This document shows, one piece after another, positions 9,513-18,220 of a stretch of DNA of 64,000 bases (its first letter is position 1; each line of letters starts with the position of its first letter). A model generated the notes under the pieces. The model saw only the letters and a list, made by a program, of their open reading frames with translations, was not told the origin of the DNA and made no database searches. The translations under genes were made by a program, and so were the position numbers. The DNA comes from an uncultured Chloroflexia bacterium (GTDB taxonomy: Bacteria; Chloroflexota; Limnocylindria; Limnocylindrales; CSP1-4): positions 91,149-155,148 of the forward strand of contig CAVWIK010000003.1 of NCBI GenBank assembly GCA_963755115.1, written 5' to 3'.

Positions 9513-10005
9513 CGGTCCGTTGCGGTGCGATGTACTCTGGCCCGGTCAGTGCGCGTGCCTCCGGGTGTACGCGCCCTCAATGAGGGATGGAGTGCAGGCA
9601 CGCGATCCACGGACCGGGCGATCCGGTGGGGCCGCAGGACGACCAGGCAGCGCGACGGGGCGGCCGGCGTTCGGAGTCGGACCCATCTCCCGGGTCTCGC
9701 CCTCGCCGCTCGCCGGCCGACAGCTGGAGGCACCCGGGCACCTCACCGCGCCGCCACGCCCCGGCTTCGGCCTCCCGAACCTGCGCCGCAACGTCTGCCC
9801 CCACTTCTACATGACCGGCGCGCGCGGCGCGATCCCGATCCAGGCCCCACACCTGCTCAAGGCGCTCATCCGGCAGGGGACGAACGTCAGCCGCTGCCAG
9901 CTGCGCGGCGGCGTCCATCTCGACCAGGGCTACGTCAACGACGTTTGCCTCACGCCTCGCTTCAACCAGTGCGTCTTCTACGAGGACGAACTGACCCGCG
10001 AGTGA
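9496..10005 (+). CDS. Hypothetical Cys-containing protein; start unresolved, only the 3' ~100 codons look coding
   Basis: Strong GC3 bias begins about 9660. The C-terminal part is 'NVCPHFYMTGARGAIPIQAPHLLKALIRQGTNVSRCQLRGGVHLDQGYVNDVCLTPRFNQCVFYEDELTRE'. I recognise no family. Confidence 0.4.
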   Translation: MTGRAIGPLRCDVLWPGQCACLRVYAPSMRDGVQARDPRTGRSGGAAGRPGSATGRPAFGVGPISRVSPSPLAGRQLEAPGHLTAPPRPGFGLPNLRRNVCPHFYMTGARGAIPIQAPHLLKALIRQGTNVSRCQLRGGVHLDQGYVNDVCLTPRFNQCVFYEDELTRE

Positions 10006-10062
10006 CGCGCACCCGCGTGGCATGCCGTCGTCCTCGCCCGCCGGCCGGCCCGAGGTGCTGAC

Positions 10063-11398
10063 GTGCCCCTGACGTACGACGAGGCCCTCCGCGCCCTCGC
10101 CGACCGTGGCCGGTTCGGGATCCACCTGGGGCTCGGGCGCACGCGAGCCCTGCTGCGCGCGCTGGGCGACCCGCAGCTGGGCGTCCGCGGCGCCCTCGTC
10201 GGCGGGACGAACGGGAAGGGCAGCGTGCTCGCCCTCGCGGGCGCCGCGCTCCGGGCCGCCGGGCTCCGCGTCGGCGAGACACCCAAGCCGCACCTGGTGA
10301 GCTACCGCGAGCGGATCGAGGTCGACGGCCGGCCGATCGACGCGGCGACGTTCGCCCGCCTCGTCGCGGAGGTCCTGCCGCTGGCCGACCGGGTCGCCCG
10401 GCGGCACGGCGACCCGACGGAGTTCGAGCTCCTGACGGCGATCGTGTTCCGGCACTTCGCCGATGCGGCCCTCGATGTCGCGGTCGTCGAGGTCGGCCTC
10501 GGCGGCCGGCTGGATGCGACCCATGCCTGGGACGGCGGCGTCGCGGCGATCACGAACGTGGACCTCGACCACATGGATCGGCTGGGCCCGACGATCGCCC
10601 ACATCGCGCGGGAGAAGGCCGCGATCATCGAACGCGGCGACATCGCGGTCACGGGCGCGACGGGCGAGGCGCTCGCCATCGTCCGCCGCCGGTCGCGCCG
10701 GATGGGCGTGCGACTGACCGAGGTCGATCCGGCCCCGCTGCTCGGCTGGGACCGCGACGGGATCGACGTCGAGCTCCCGCGGCTGGGCCCGACGCGCGTC
10801 GGCCTGCGCGGCCGCCACCAGGCCGCCAATGTCGCCGTGGCGGACGCGCTGCTCGACGCGCTCGAGGCCGCCGGGATCGCCCGGGCCGGCGCCGACGCCC
10901 GGCGGCGCGGCTACGCCACGGCGGTCTGGCCCGGCCGTCTGGAGCTGCTCGACATCGGCGGCCGCGACATCCTCCTCGACGGTGCCCACAACCCGGCCGG
11001 CGCAGCCGCCCTTGCGGCAGGCGCTCGACGACCTGCGGCCCTGGCTGGCGGGCGGTGAGCTCACGCTCGTCACCGCGTCGATGGCGGACAAGGACGTCGA
11101 TGGCGTGATCGCCGCGCTCGGAGGCGCGGCAGCGCTCGACGGGGCGCGGGTCATCGCGACGGCGGTCGACCTGCCCCGCGCGATGACGCCGGACGAGCTC
11201 GCCGCTCGCTGGCGGGCCGCACGACCGGGCGGGCCTGCCCCGCAGACCGCCCCGGACCCGCTGGCCGCCCTCGACGCCGCGCGCAGCGCTGGTGACGGAC
11301 CGATCGTGGTGGCCGGCTCGCTCTATCTTGTGGGCGCGGTCCGGGCGCACCTGGTCGACGACCCGGACCTGCGCGATCCACGCCCGGGAGACCCATGA
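10063..11398 (+). pseudogene. folC: Dihydrofolate synthase / folylpolyglutamate synthase, one frame switch near 11005
   Basis: 'GIHLGLGRTRALLRALGDP', P-loop 'VGGTNGKGSV', 'EVGLGGRLDATH' and 'LDGAHNPAGAAAL' lie in frame 10063. The text continues 'LRQALDDLRPWLAGGELTLVTASMADKDVDGV...VVAGSLYLVG' in frame 10829..11398. Confidence 0.8.
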
Positions 11399-11458
11399 CC
11401 CCACCGGCGCCCGACCCGGATCGGCACGACGACCTTCGCGTGGGGCACGCGGACCTTC

Positions 11459-12274
11459 GTGATGGGGATCCTCAACGTGACGCCCGACTCGTTCTCGGGC
11501 GACGGCATCCTGGCCGGCGCGACGACCGATCCGGTCGCCTCGGCCGTCGCCACGGCCCGCGCGATGATCGCGGACGGGGCGGACCTGCTCGACATCGGCG
11601 GCGAGTCCACCCGACCGGGCCACGCGCCCGTGTCGGCGGACGAGGAGCGCGACCGGGTCGTGCCGGTCATCGCGGCCGTGCGGGCCGCGCTCCCGCACAT
11701 CCCGCTCAGCGTCGACACGACGAAGCCGGCCGTCGCCGAGGCGGCGCTCGCCGCCGGCGCCGATCTCGTCAACGACGTCTGGGGTGTCGGCGAGAGCGAC
11801 GCGCTCGCCCGTCTGGCCGCCGCGCAGCACGTCCCGCTCGTCGTGATGCACAACCGCGAGGCACCCCAGTACGACGACCTCGTCGCCGAGGTGGTCGCCG
11901 ACCTGCGGGCCGCGCTCGATCGGGCGATCCGCGTCGGGGTCGCTCCCGACGACCTCATCGTCGACCCGGGCTTCGGCTTCGGCAAGACCGCCGAGCAGAA
12001 CCTGGCGCTCGTCCGCGGCCTCGGCGAGCTCCGGGTCCTCGGCCGGCCGATCCTGCTCGGCACGTCCCGCAAGTCGACCCTCGGCAAGGTCCTGGACCTG
12101 CCCCCGGATCAACGGGTCGAGGCCACGATCGCGACGACGGCCATCGGCATCGCCCTGGGCGCCGACATGGTGCGGGTCCACGACGTCGCCGCGAACGTCA
12201 GGGCGGCACGCGTCGGCGATGCCATCATCCGCGGGACGTGGCACGAGAGCGACGCGGAGGGAGGCCCAGCCTGA
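11459..12274 (+). CDS. folP: Dihydropteroate synthase
   Basis: 'GILNVTPDSFSGDG', 'DIGGESTRPG', 'LSVDTTKPAVAEAAL', 'DPGFGFGKT' and 'LLGTSRKS'. The conserved upstream residues ('TRTFV') have no canonical start codon before them, so the true start is uncertain. Confidence 0.85.
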   Translation: MMGILNVTPDSFSGDGILAGATTDPVASAVATARAMIADGADLLDIGGESTRPGHAPVSADEERDRVVPVIAAVRAALPHIPLSVDTTKPAVAEAALAAGADLVNDVWGVGESDALARLAAAQHVPLVVMHNREAPQYDDLVAEVVADLRAALDRAIRVGVAPDDLIVDPGFGFGKTAEQNLALVRGLGELRVLGRPILLGTSRKSTLGKVLDLPPDQRVEATIATTAIGIALGADMVRVHDVAANVRAARVGDAIIRGTWHESDAEGGPA

Positions 12275-12633
12275 ACGATCGGATCGTCCTCACCAACATG
12301 CGGTTCACGGCCGCCCACGGCTACCACGAGTGGGAACGCCGGCAGGCGCAGCCCTTCGAGGTCGATGTCGAGCTCCACCTGGACCTGCGACCGGCCGGGG
12401 TCGATGACGACCTCGAGCAGACCGTCGACTACGGCCGGGTGTACGACGCGGTCCGGACGATCGTCCAGACCCGGACCTTCCGGCTGCTCGAGGCGATGGC
12501 CGAGGCGATCGCCGAGACCCTGCTCATCGAGCCGTCGGTCGACGAGGTCGTCGTGCGCGTGCGCAAGCCGAAGGTCCAGCTGGGCGGGCCGCTCGACCAC
12601 GCCGCCGTCGAGATCCACCGCCGCCGCGCCTGA
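12271..12633 (+). CDS. folB: Dihydroneopterin aldolase
   Basis: 'DRIVLTNMRFTAAHGYHEWERRQAQPFEVDVELHLDL..DDLEQTVDYGRVY' (tail of track ORF 11395..12633). It overlaps the folP stop. The start codon is uncertain (CTG 12271 or ATG 12298). Confidence 0.75.
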   Translation: MNDRIVLTNMRFTAAHGYHEWERRQAQPFEVDVELHLDLRPAGVDDDLEQTVDYGRVYDAVRTIVQTRTFRLLEAMAEAIAETLLIEPSVDEVVVRVRKPKVQLGGPLDHAAVEIHRRRA

Positions 12634-12650
12634 CGGCCCGGCGAATCGGA

Positions 12651-12681
12651 ACGCCGGCAGGCCCGAGGGCGCTGCCGGCGT
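12651..12681. terminator. GC-rich hairpin between convergent folB and htrA (candidate bidirectional terminator)
   Basis: ACGCCGGCAG(12651-12660) pairs with CTGCCGGCGT(12672-12681). An inner GCCC/GGGC pairing extends the stem. There is no clear U-tract. Confidence 0.5.
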
Positions 12682-12708
12682 CGTGGACGCGTCGTCCGAA
12701 CGAAGGGT

Positions 12709-14052
12709 CTAGAGATCCGGGGGCCGGGTCCCGAGCGTGACGTTGAGCGTGATCGTCTGGCCGTCGCGGAGGACGTCGACCGTGATCGCGTCGCCCGGCG
12801 AGAACTGGCTGAGGGCCGCATCGAGCGGGTGCTCCTCGTCGATCACCTTGTCGCCGACCTTGGTGATGATGTCGCCATCCTTGATCCCGGCCGCGGCCGC
12901 GGGGGTCCCGCTGACCACGCCGTCGGTCGGCTGGCCGTTGGCGTCGGTGCCGCCCACGAGGGCGCCCTGCTTGACCGGCAGCTTCTGCTCATCGGCGAAC
13001 TGCCGGGTGATGCTGACGAAGCTGATGCCGAGGTACGGGCGGGAGAGCTTCACGCCGGCGACGGCCTGGGCCATGATCGGTCGCGCGATGTCGATCGGGA
13101 TGGCGAAGCCGATCCCGTTGCTCCCCGAGGCGATTGCCGTGTTGATGCCGATGACGTTGCCGTCGGCGTCGAGCAGCGGTCCACCCGAGTTGCCCGGGTT
13201 GATCGCCGCATCGGTCTGGATGAGGTTGTTGAGCGGCTTGTCCGAGCCGTCCGTGGTGATCGTCCGGCCGGTGGCGGAGACGATGCCGCTCGTGACCGAG
13301 TTCGAGTAGGTGCCGAGCGGGCTGCCGATCGCGACGACGAGCTGGCCGACCTTGAGCGCGTCCGACTCGCCGATGGCGGCGGACGGCAGGTCGGTGGCGT
13401 CGATCTTGATGATCGCGAGGTCGGTCAGCGTGTCGATGCCGTAGACGGTGCCGGGGAAGACGCGGCCGTCCTTGAGCTCGACGTCGAACTTGTCGCCGCC
13501 CGTCACGACGTGCTTGTTCGTGAGGATCCAGCCGTTGCTGTCGTAGATGACGCCGGAGCCGACGCCGCTCTCGGGGATGACCCCGAGGTCACCGGCGCCG
13601 GGGTTGCCGGTCACCGTGATGCGGACGACCGCCGGGCTCACCTTGGCGGCGACGGCGATCGTCGCCGAGGACTCGTCGATCGTCACGGGCTGGACGGCCC
13701 CGACGTTGGTCGCGGTGGAGACCGATGCGGCCGGTGCGGACCGGTCGAGCGCGCCCGTCGCGCCGAGCGCGAGGACGGTGCCACCGGAGGCGAGGACGGC
13801 CGACAGGAGGGCCGCGGCCATCACCGGGCCGGTGCTCGTGCGCTTCTGGACGGCCGGGGCGACCGGTGCCGCGACCGGCGCGGGCTCGTACCAGCGCTCT
13901 GGTGTAGCAGCGGCGGGTGTCGGGGCGGCGTATTCGCGGATCCAGTCGGGTCGCGTCTCCGGCGACGGGGAGTAGGTCCCGGGGGTCGGGAGCTCGTGTC
14001 GCTGGGTCACTTCACCCGGGTCGGCGGGATCGGGGCGGAGATCATCGGTCAT
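12709..14052 (-). CDS. HtrA/DegP-family serine protease with PDZ domain (PepD-like)
   Basis: TM anchor, then trypsin-like core 'GSGVIYDSNGWILTNKHVV', 'DLAIIKI' and 'GNSGGPLLD'. C-terminal PDZ: 'GALVGGT..AAAGIKDGDIITKVGDKVI'. Confidence 0.9.
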   Translation of the reverse strand: MTDDLRPDPADPGEVTQRHELPTPGTYSPSPETRPDWIREYAAPTPAAATPERWYEPAPVAAPVAPAVQKRTSTGPVMAAALLSAVLASGGTVLALGATGALDRSAPAASVSTATNVGAVQPVTIDESSATIAVAAKVSPAVVRITVTGNPGAGDLGVIPESGVGSGVIYDSNGWILTNKHVVTGGDKFDVELKDGRVFPGTVYGIDTLTDLAIIKIDATDLPSAAIGESDALKVGQLVVAIGSPLGTYSNSVTSGIVSATGRTITTDGSDKPLNNLIQTDAAINPGNSGGPLLDADGNVIGINTAIASGSNGIGFAIPIDIARPIMAQAVAGVKLSRPYLGISFVSITRQFADEQKLPVKQGALVGGTDANGQPTDGVVSGTPAAAAGIKDGDIITKVGDKVIDEEHPLDAALSQFSPGDAITVDVLRDGQTITLNVTLGTRPPDL

Positions 14053-14110
14053 ATCGGTTCGGTGTCCCTTGCAGGCTGGTGGCCGGTGGCGGCCAAAGAG
14101 GCTATCGACC

Positions 14111-15805
14111 TCAGGGTGCCGGTTCCGGATTCACCTGCGGGCGGTCGGACGGTGAAGTTTCCGTCATGTTGGGCGGAACGTCTTCCTGGCCGGATCCGGG
14201 CGCCGCGGCCACATCGGCCCGTTCGGCGGCCGGGGTCCCGGCCACGGTCCGGGGGTCGCGCGGCAGATCGACGGTGAACCGGGACCCCTCGCCGATGCGA
14301 CTCTCGACCGTGATCGAGCCGCCGTGCATGTCGACGATCGAGCGCACGATCGCGAGGCCGAGGCCGCTGCCGCTGCCGCGCGCCTCGTTCGCGCGCGACC
14401 CGCGGTAGAACCGCTCGAAGATCCGCGGAAGCTCGGCCGGATCGATCCCGACGCCGGTGTCGGTCACGACGATCCTGGCGCCTTCGGGCGTCGCGGCGAC
14501 GTCGACCGAGACCGTGCCGTCACGGCCGGTGAACTTGACCGCGTTCGCCACGAGGTTCGCGACGACCTGGCCGATCCGCTGAGGGTCGTGGCGGATGCGC
14601 ACCGGAGCCGCGGGCAGGCTCAGCCGGAGCGCCACGCCGCGCTTCCGGGCAGCGGACGTGCTCTGCTCGACGGCGGTCTCGACGGCGGCCCGCAGGTCGT
14701 CCGGGCGGAGGTCGAGGAGCACCAGGCCCGAATCGAGCTTCGAGAGCTCGAGGAGGTTCTGGGCGAGCCAGTCCAGTCGCTCGATCTGCTGCCCGCTCGA
14801 CTCGAGGAACTCGGCCCGCCGCTCCGGGTCGTCGCCGGCCTGTTCCTTGAGCAGGTCGTTGAAGGTCCGCAACGCGGCCAGCGGCGTACGCAGCTCGTGC
14901 GAGACGTCGGCGAGGAAATCGCGACCCCGGTCGCGGTCGCGCCGGATGATCTCCACGCTCTCCTCGACCCGGTCGGCCATCGAGTTGAACTGCACGGCGA
15001 GCTCCGCGAGCTCCGATGAACCGGCGCGGACCTGGCCGGGCGGCACGCGGCGGGTCAGGTCGCCTTCCGCCAGGGCCCTCGCCGCGTCGGTCAGCTGCCG
15101 CAGCGGCGTCGTGAACCGGCGGGCGAGCGCCGCCGAAACGAGGACGCTCAGGCCGAGCGCGAAGAGCGCGACGGCGGCGAGCAGGCCGGTGACGTTGGCG
15201 ATGGCGGTGGCCCGGAACGTGTACGGGTTGGCCAGGGTGACCCGCACGGCGTAGGGCCCGAAGGTGCGGCCGCCTCCGTACTCGGCCGAGAACACCGTCG
15301 AGGCGCGGGTCTGACCGGACCCCGACGCCGGCGCTTCGACGACCGGCATCACGAACTGGCCATCAGTCGCCGGCACGAACACGGAACTCTCGCCGTTCGG
15401 GACAAATCGGCCGAACTCGATGGCCACGTCGGCCTGGCCGAGGCGGTCCGCGATGACCTGCCGGGCCGCCGGCTCGCTCATCACCCGGATGACGTCCGGA
15501 TCGACCGTGTTGTCGATGTCGACGACCGGCCGGCGTCCGGCGGCTTCCTCGGCCGCGACCTGGACGAACGCGCTGATCGTGGTGGCGCGGAGCGAGAGGT
15601 CGGCGTTCTGCTGGTTCGTGAAGTAGTCGTCGAGGCGGTTGATGACGAGCGCCGAGACGAGGATCAGCGTCAGGGCGATGACCGCCACGAAGGCGACGGT
15701 GAGTCGCCCCTGGAAGGTGCGCGGCATGAGCCGGCGCACGCGACGCGGGAGCCGGAACCGCCGACCGCTGATGGCCTCAGCGTTCGGCGAAGGCGTAGCC
15801 GACAC
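14111..15805 (-). CDS. Sensor histidine kinase (two TM, HAMP, HisKA, HATPase_c)
   Basis: H-box 'SHELRTPLAAL', N-box 'VANLVANAVKFT', G-boxes 'DTGVGI' and 'GSGLGLAIV'. The start overlaps the regulator stop, so the exact start codon is uncertain. Confidence 0.85.
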   Translation of the reverse strand: MSATPSPNAEAISGRRFRLPRRVRRLMPRTFQGRLTVAFVAVIALTLILVSALVINRLDDYFTNQQNADLSLRATTISAFVQVAAEEAAGRRPVVDIDNTVDPDVIRVMSEPAARQVIADRLGQADVAIEFGRFVPNGESSVFVPATDGQFVMPVVEAPASGSGQTRASTVFSAEYGGGRTFGPYAVRVTLANPYTFRATAIANVTGLLAAVALFALGLSVLVSAALARRFTTPLRQLTDAARALAEGDLTRRVPPGQVRAGSSELAELAVQFNSMADRVEESVEIIRRDRDRGRDFLADVSHELRTPLAALRTFNDLLKEQAGDDPERRAEFLESSGQQIERLDWLAQNLLELSKLDSGLVLLDLRPDDLRAAVETAVEQSTSAARKRGVALRLSLPAAPVRIRHDPQRIGQVVANLVANAVKFTGRDGTVSVDVAATPEGARIVVTDTGVGIDPAELPRIFERFYRGSRANEARGSGSGLGLAIVRSIVDMHGGSITVESRIGEGSRFTVDLPRDPRTVAGTPAAERADVAAAPGSGQEDVPPNMTETSPSDRPQVNPEPAP

Positions 15806-16475
15806 CTCGCACCGTCAGGACGAACGCCGGTGCGGCCGGATCGTCCTCGATCTTGTCGCGCAGGTGGCTGACGTGGACGTTGATGGTCTTCTCATCCTGA
15901 TCCAGCGCCTCGTAGTCGCGCAGGAGCTCGAGCAGCTCGGAGCGCGTATAGACGCGTCCGGGCCGCGACGCCAGGTGACGAAGGATCTCGAACTCGGTCG
16001 GCGTCAGGCTGATCCGGCGGGCCCCGCGCTGGACCCGGCGGCGCTCGAGGTCGATGACGAGGTCACGGTGGCGAATGACGCGGCCGCCGACGGCATCGGC
16101 CAGGTCGCCGTACGAGCGCCGCAGCAGCGCCTTGATCCGGCTCATCAGCTCGCGCAGCCCGAACGGCTTGGTGAGGTAGTCGTCGGCGCCGAGCTCGAGC
16201 CCGATCACCTTGTCGACCTCGTCGTCGCGCGCGGTCAGGACGAGGATCGGCATCTTGGCGCCGGCCGCACGCACGCGCCGGAGGACCTCGAAGCCGTCGA
16301 TGCCGGGGAGACGGACGTCGAGGACGACCAGGTCCGGCGCCTGGTTGATCGCGAGGTCGAGACCCTCCTCGCCGGACCGCGCGACCGCGACGTCGTAGCC
16401 CTCCTGCTGGAGCGCGTACTGGATCCCGCGTGCGACGGCGTGCTCGTCTTCGACGATGAGGATGGTGGCAGCCAC
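15777..16475 (-). CDS. OmpR/PhoB-family response regulator (MprA-like position upstream of kinase and HtrA)
   Basis: 'ILIVEDEHAVARGI', 'LVVLDVRLPGIDG' and 'LTARDDEVDKVIGLELGADDYLTKPF', with winged helix 'LTPTEFEILRHL..VHVSHLRDKIE..TVRGVGYAF'. The GTG at 16475 is chosen over the long track ORF. Confidence 0.9.
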   Translation of the reverse strand: MAATILIVEDEHAVARGIQYALQQEGYDVAVARSGEEGLDLAINQAPDLVVLDVRLPGIDGFEVLRRVRAAGAKMPILVLTARDDEVDKVIGLELGADDYLTKPFGLRELMSRIKALLRRSYGDLADAVGGRVIRHRDLVIDLERRRVQRGARRISLTPTEFEILRHLASRPGRVYTRSELLELLRDYEALDQDEKTINVHVSHLRDKIEDDPAAPAFVLTVRGVGYAFAER

Positions 16476-16729
16476 GCCGGGACTGTACACCGACTCGACA
16501 CAACGGCCAGTGGGTGTGCGTGGCGATATGGCGTGCCGGATTGCGCTGCGGCTCCGACGCTCTGCCGGCGCACGCTGGCGCGGACTGCGCCGGCGGCGCG
16601 CCGCAGCCGCCGCGCGAACGGCCGGCGCCAGGACGCGCCGACCGCCTTCGGCCGGTGAGACGAGCCGCGCGCACGACCTCCGTCGAACGCGGTAGGCGAG
16701 CTCTTGAGCGGGCCGCATCCCCGTTCCCG

Positions 16730-17098
16730 CCGATCAAGTCACAGGGCGGACCGATGTCCCTGGCCGGGTCGCGTGGGAAGCGAGCACAGTCCGCGCCAGC
16801 GTTCGCTCGTGCACCACGCCTGCCGATCAAGTCGCAGGGCGGACCGATGTCCCTGGCCGGGTCGCGTCGGCAGCGGGCGCAGTCCGCGCCAGCGTGCGCT
16901 CGCGCACCGCTCATGCCGATCAAGTCGCAGGGTGGCCCAGGTCCCTGGCCGGGTCGCGTCGGCAGCGAGCGCAGTCCGCGCCAGCGTGCGCGAGCGCACC
17001 GCTCATACCGATCAAGTCGCAGGATGGTCCAAGGTCCCTGGCCGGGTCGCGTGGGAAGCGAGCGCAGTCCGCGCCAGCGTGCGCGAGCGCACCACGCG
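16730..17098. repeat. Four tandem copies of a ~93-bp intergenic repeat (93, 93, 92 and ~91 bp)
   Basis: Each unit starts with CCGATCAAGTC, at 16730, 16823, 16916 and 17008. Consensus: CCGATCAAGTCGCAGGG.GG.CC....GTCCCTGGCCGGGTCGCGT.G..AGCG.GCGCAGTCCGCGCCAGCGTGCGC..GCGCACC. The array lies between the divergent regulator gene and rplY. Confidence 0.9.
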
Positions 17099-17235
17099 GA
17101 CCGGCCAGGCCAAAGGCCCCTTCTGGACGCCCCGTGGTAAGGTACGGCGCACATCCGGGCGCCTCGCCCTTGCCGACCGGCCGGCGAGCCGCAGCCCGCC
17201 CCACCGACACGATCCGACAACCAGAGGTCCGTTCC

Positions 17236-17928
17236 ATGCCCACCGCCACCGCCCGCCCGACGCTGACCGCCGTGAATCGCGAGGTCACGGGCAAGAAGGT
17301 GAGCCATCTCCGCCGCGCCGGGCGCCTGCCGGGCGTCGTCTACGGCCATGGCGAGGACTCGGCGAGCGTGTCGGTCGACACCCATGAGTTCGAGCAGCTT
17401 CGGCGGAAGGTCGGTTCGAACGTCCTCGTGGACCTCTCCATCGACGGCGAGAAGCCACGGCCGGTCCTGGTCCAGAGCGTCCAGATCCATCCGGTCAACC
17501 GTCGCCCTCTCCACGTCGACCTCTTCCTGGTCCGGATGACCGAGGAGCTGACGGTCGACGTCCAGCTCGTCGCGGTCGGCGACGCCCCGGCGGTGACGCT
17601 CAACGGCGGGACGCTCCTCCACCCGATCGAGACCGTCCGGGTCCGTGCGCTCCCCGACCATCTGCCACAGTCGATCGAGTTCTCGATCGACTCGCTTGTC
17701 GACTTCGAAGGCAGCCTGCGCGTCAGCGACCTCGTCATCCCCGAAGACGTGACGCTGCTGACCGACGGTGACGAGGTCATCGCCAAGGTCCAGGCGCCGC
17801 GCGTCGAGGAGGCGCCGGTCGTCGTCGCCGCCGAGGGCGAGGAAGGTGCCGAGGGCGAGGCCGCCGAGGGCGAGGCCGCCGAGAGCACGGGCGAGGGCGA
17901 CTCGTCGGGTTCGTCCGAGGACAGCTAG
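17236..17928 (+). CDS. rplY: 50S ribosomal protein L25 / general stress protein Ctc (long form with acidic tail)
   Basis: 'LTAVNREVTGKKVSHLRRAGRLPGVVYGHGEDS..VSVDTHEF', 'VLVQSVQIHPVNRRPLHVDL' and an acidic E/G/A tail. ATG at 17236. Confidence 0.9.
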   Translation: MPTATARPTLTAVNREVTGKKVSHLRRAGRLPGVVYGHGEDSASVSVDTHEFEQLRRKVGSNVLVDLSIDGEKPRPVLVQSVQIHPVNRRPLHVDLFLVRMTEELTVDVQLVAVGDAPAVTLNGGTLLHPIETVRVRALPDHLPQSIEFSIDSLVDFEGSLRVSDLVIPEDVTLLTDGDEVIAKVQAPRVEEAPVVVAAEGEEGAEGEAAEGEAAESTGEGDSSGSSEDS

Positions 17929-17941
17929 GTCCGGACCACCC

Positions 17942-18211
17942 TCACGCTCGAGGCACTCGCTCGGCGGCCTCCGCGGAGGTGATCACCGGGACGACCTCGA
18001 AGTCGACGAGGTCGCTCCAGCGCGCGATCCATTCGTCGATGAGCGCGCGGTCGGTCGCCTCCATCAGCTGGAAGCACCGCTCGAGCGGCGCATCGACCCA
18101 GCTGGCGACGTACGTGAGCCCGTCGGGCGCGAGTCGCCCCTGCTCGCGGAATCGCCGATAGACCGGCACGGGATCGCCGTCCTTGTAGTGCTCGATGATC
18201 ATGTAGAGCAT
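17942..18211 (-). CDS. DUF3303-family small protein
   Basis: 'MLYMIIEHYKDGDPVPVYRRFREQGRLAPDGLTYVASWVDAPLERCFQLME..WSDLVDFEVVPV' matches my recollection of the DUF3303 pattern. Confidence 0.75.
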   Translation of the reverse strand: MLYMIIEHYKDGDPVPVYRRFREQGRLAPDGLTYVASWVDAPLERCFQLMEATDRALIDEWIARWSDLVDFEVVPVITSAEAAERVPRA

Positions 18212-18220
18212 CAGCGGGGC

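Noticed and set aside
9513-9700. Folate-related riboswitch (THF or ZTP/pfl) or another known structured RNA upstream of folC
   Set aside because: I could not recognise the conserved cores of these motifs by eye. This needs a covariance-model scan before any claim.
9577-12244. Long minus-strand ORFs 9577..11154 (525 aa) and 10649..12244 (531 aa)
   Set aside because: They are antisense to folC and folP, which carry clear family motifs. They are Arg/Pro/Gly-rich low-complexity translations.
10063-12633. Absence of folK/folE next to folC-folP-folB as something unusual
   Set aside because: Folate gene order varies widely, and the missing genes may simply lie elsewhere. The window gives no basis for a claim.
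16730-17098. CRISPR array
   Set aside because: The ~93-bp units are directly contiguous with no unique spacers, and no cas genes are present. The same applies to the coding repeats at 7568-7717 and 55029-55801.
16063-17661. 532-aa minus-strand ORF and 208/227/344-aa + ORFs running through the 93-bp repeats
   Set aside because: They fuse antisense or out-of-frame parts of the regulator and rplY genes with the repeat array. The repeat translations ('PIKSQGGPMSLAGSR..') have no protein-like character. The real rplY starts at 17236.
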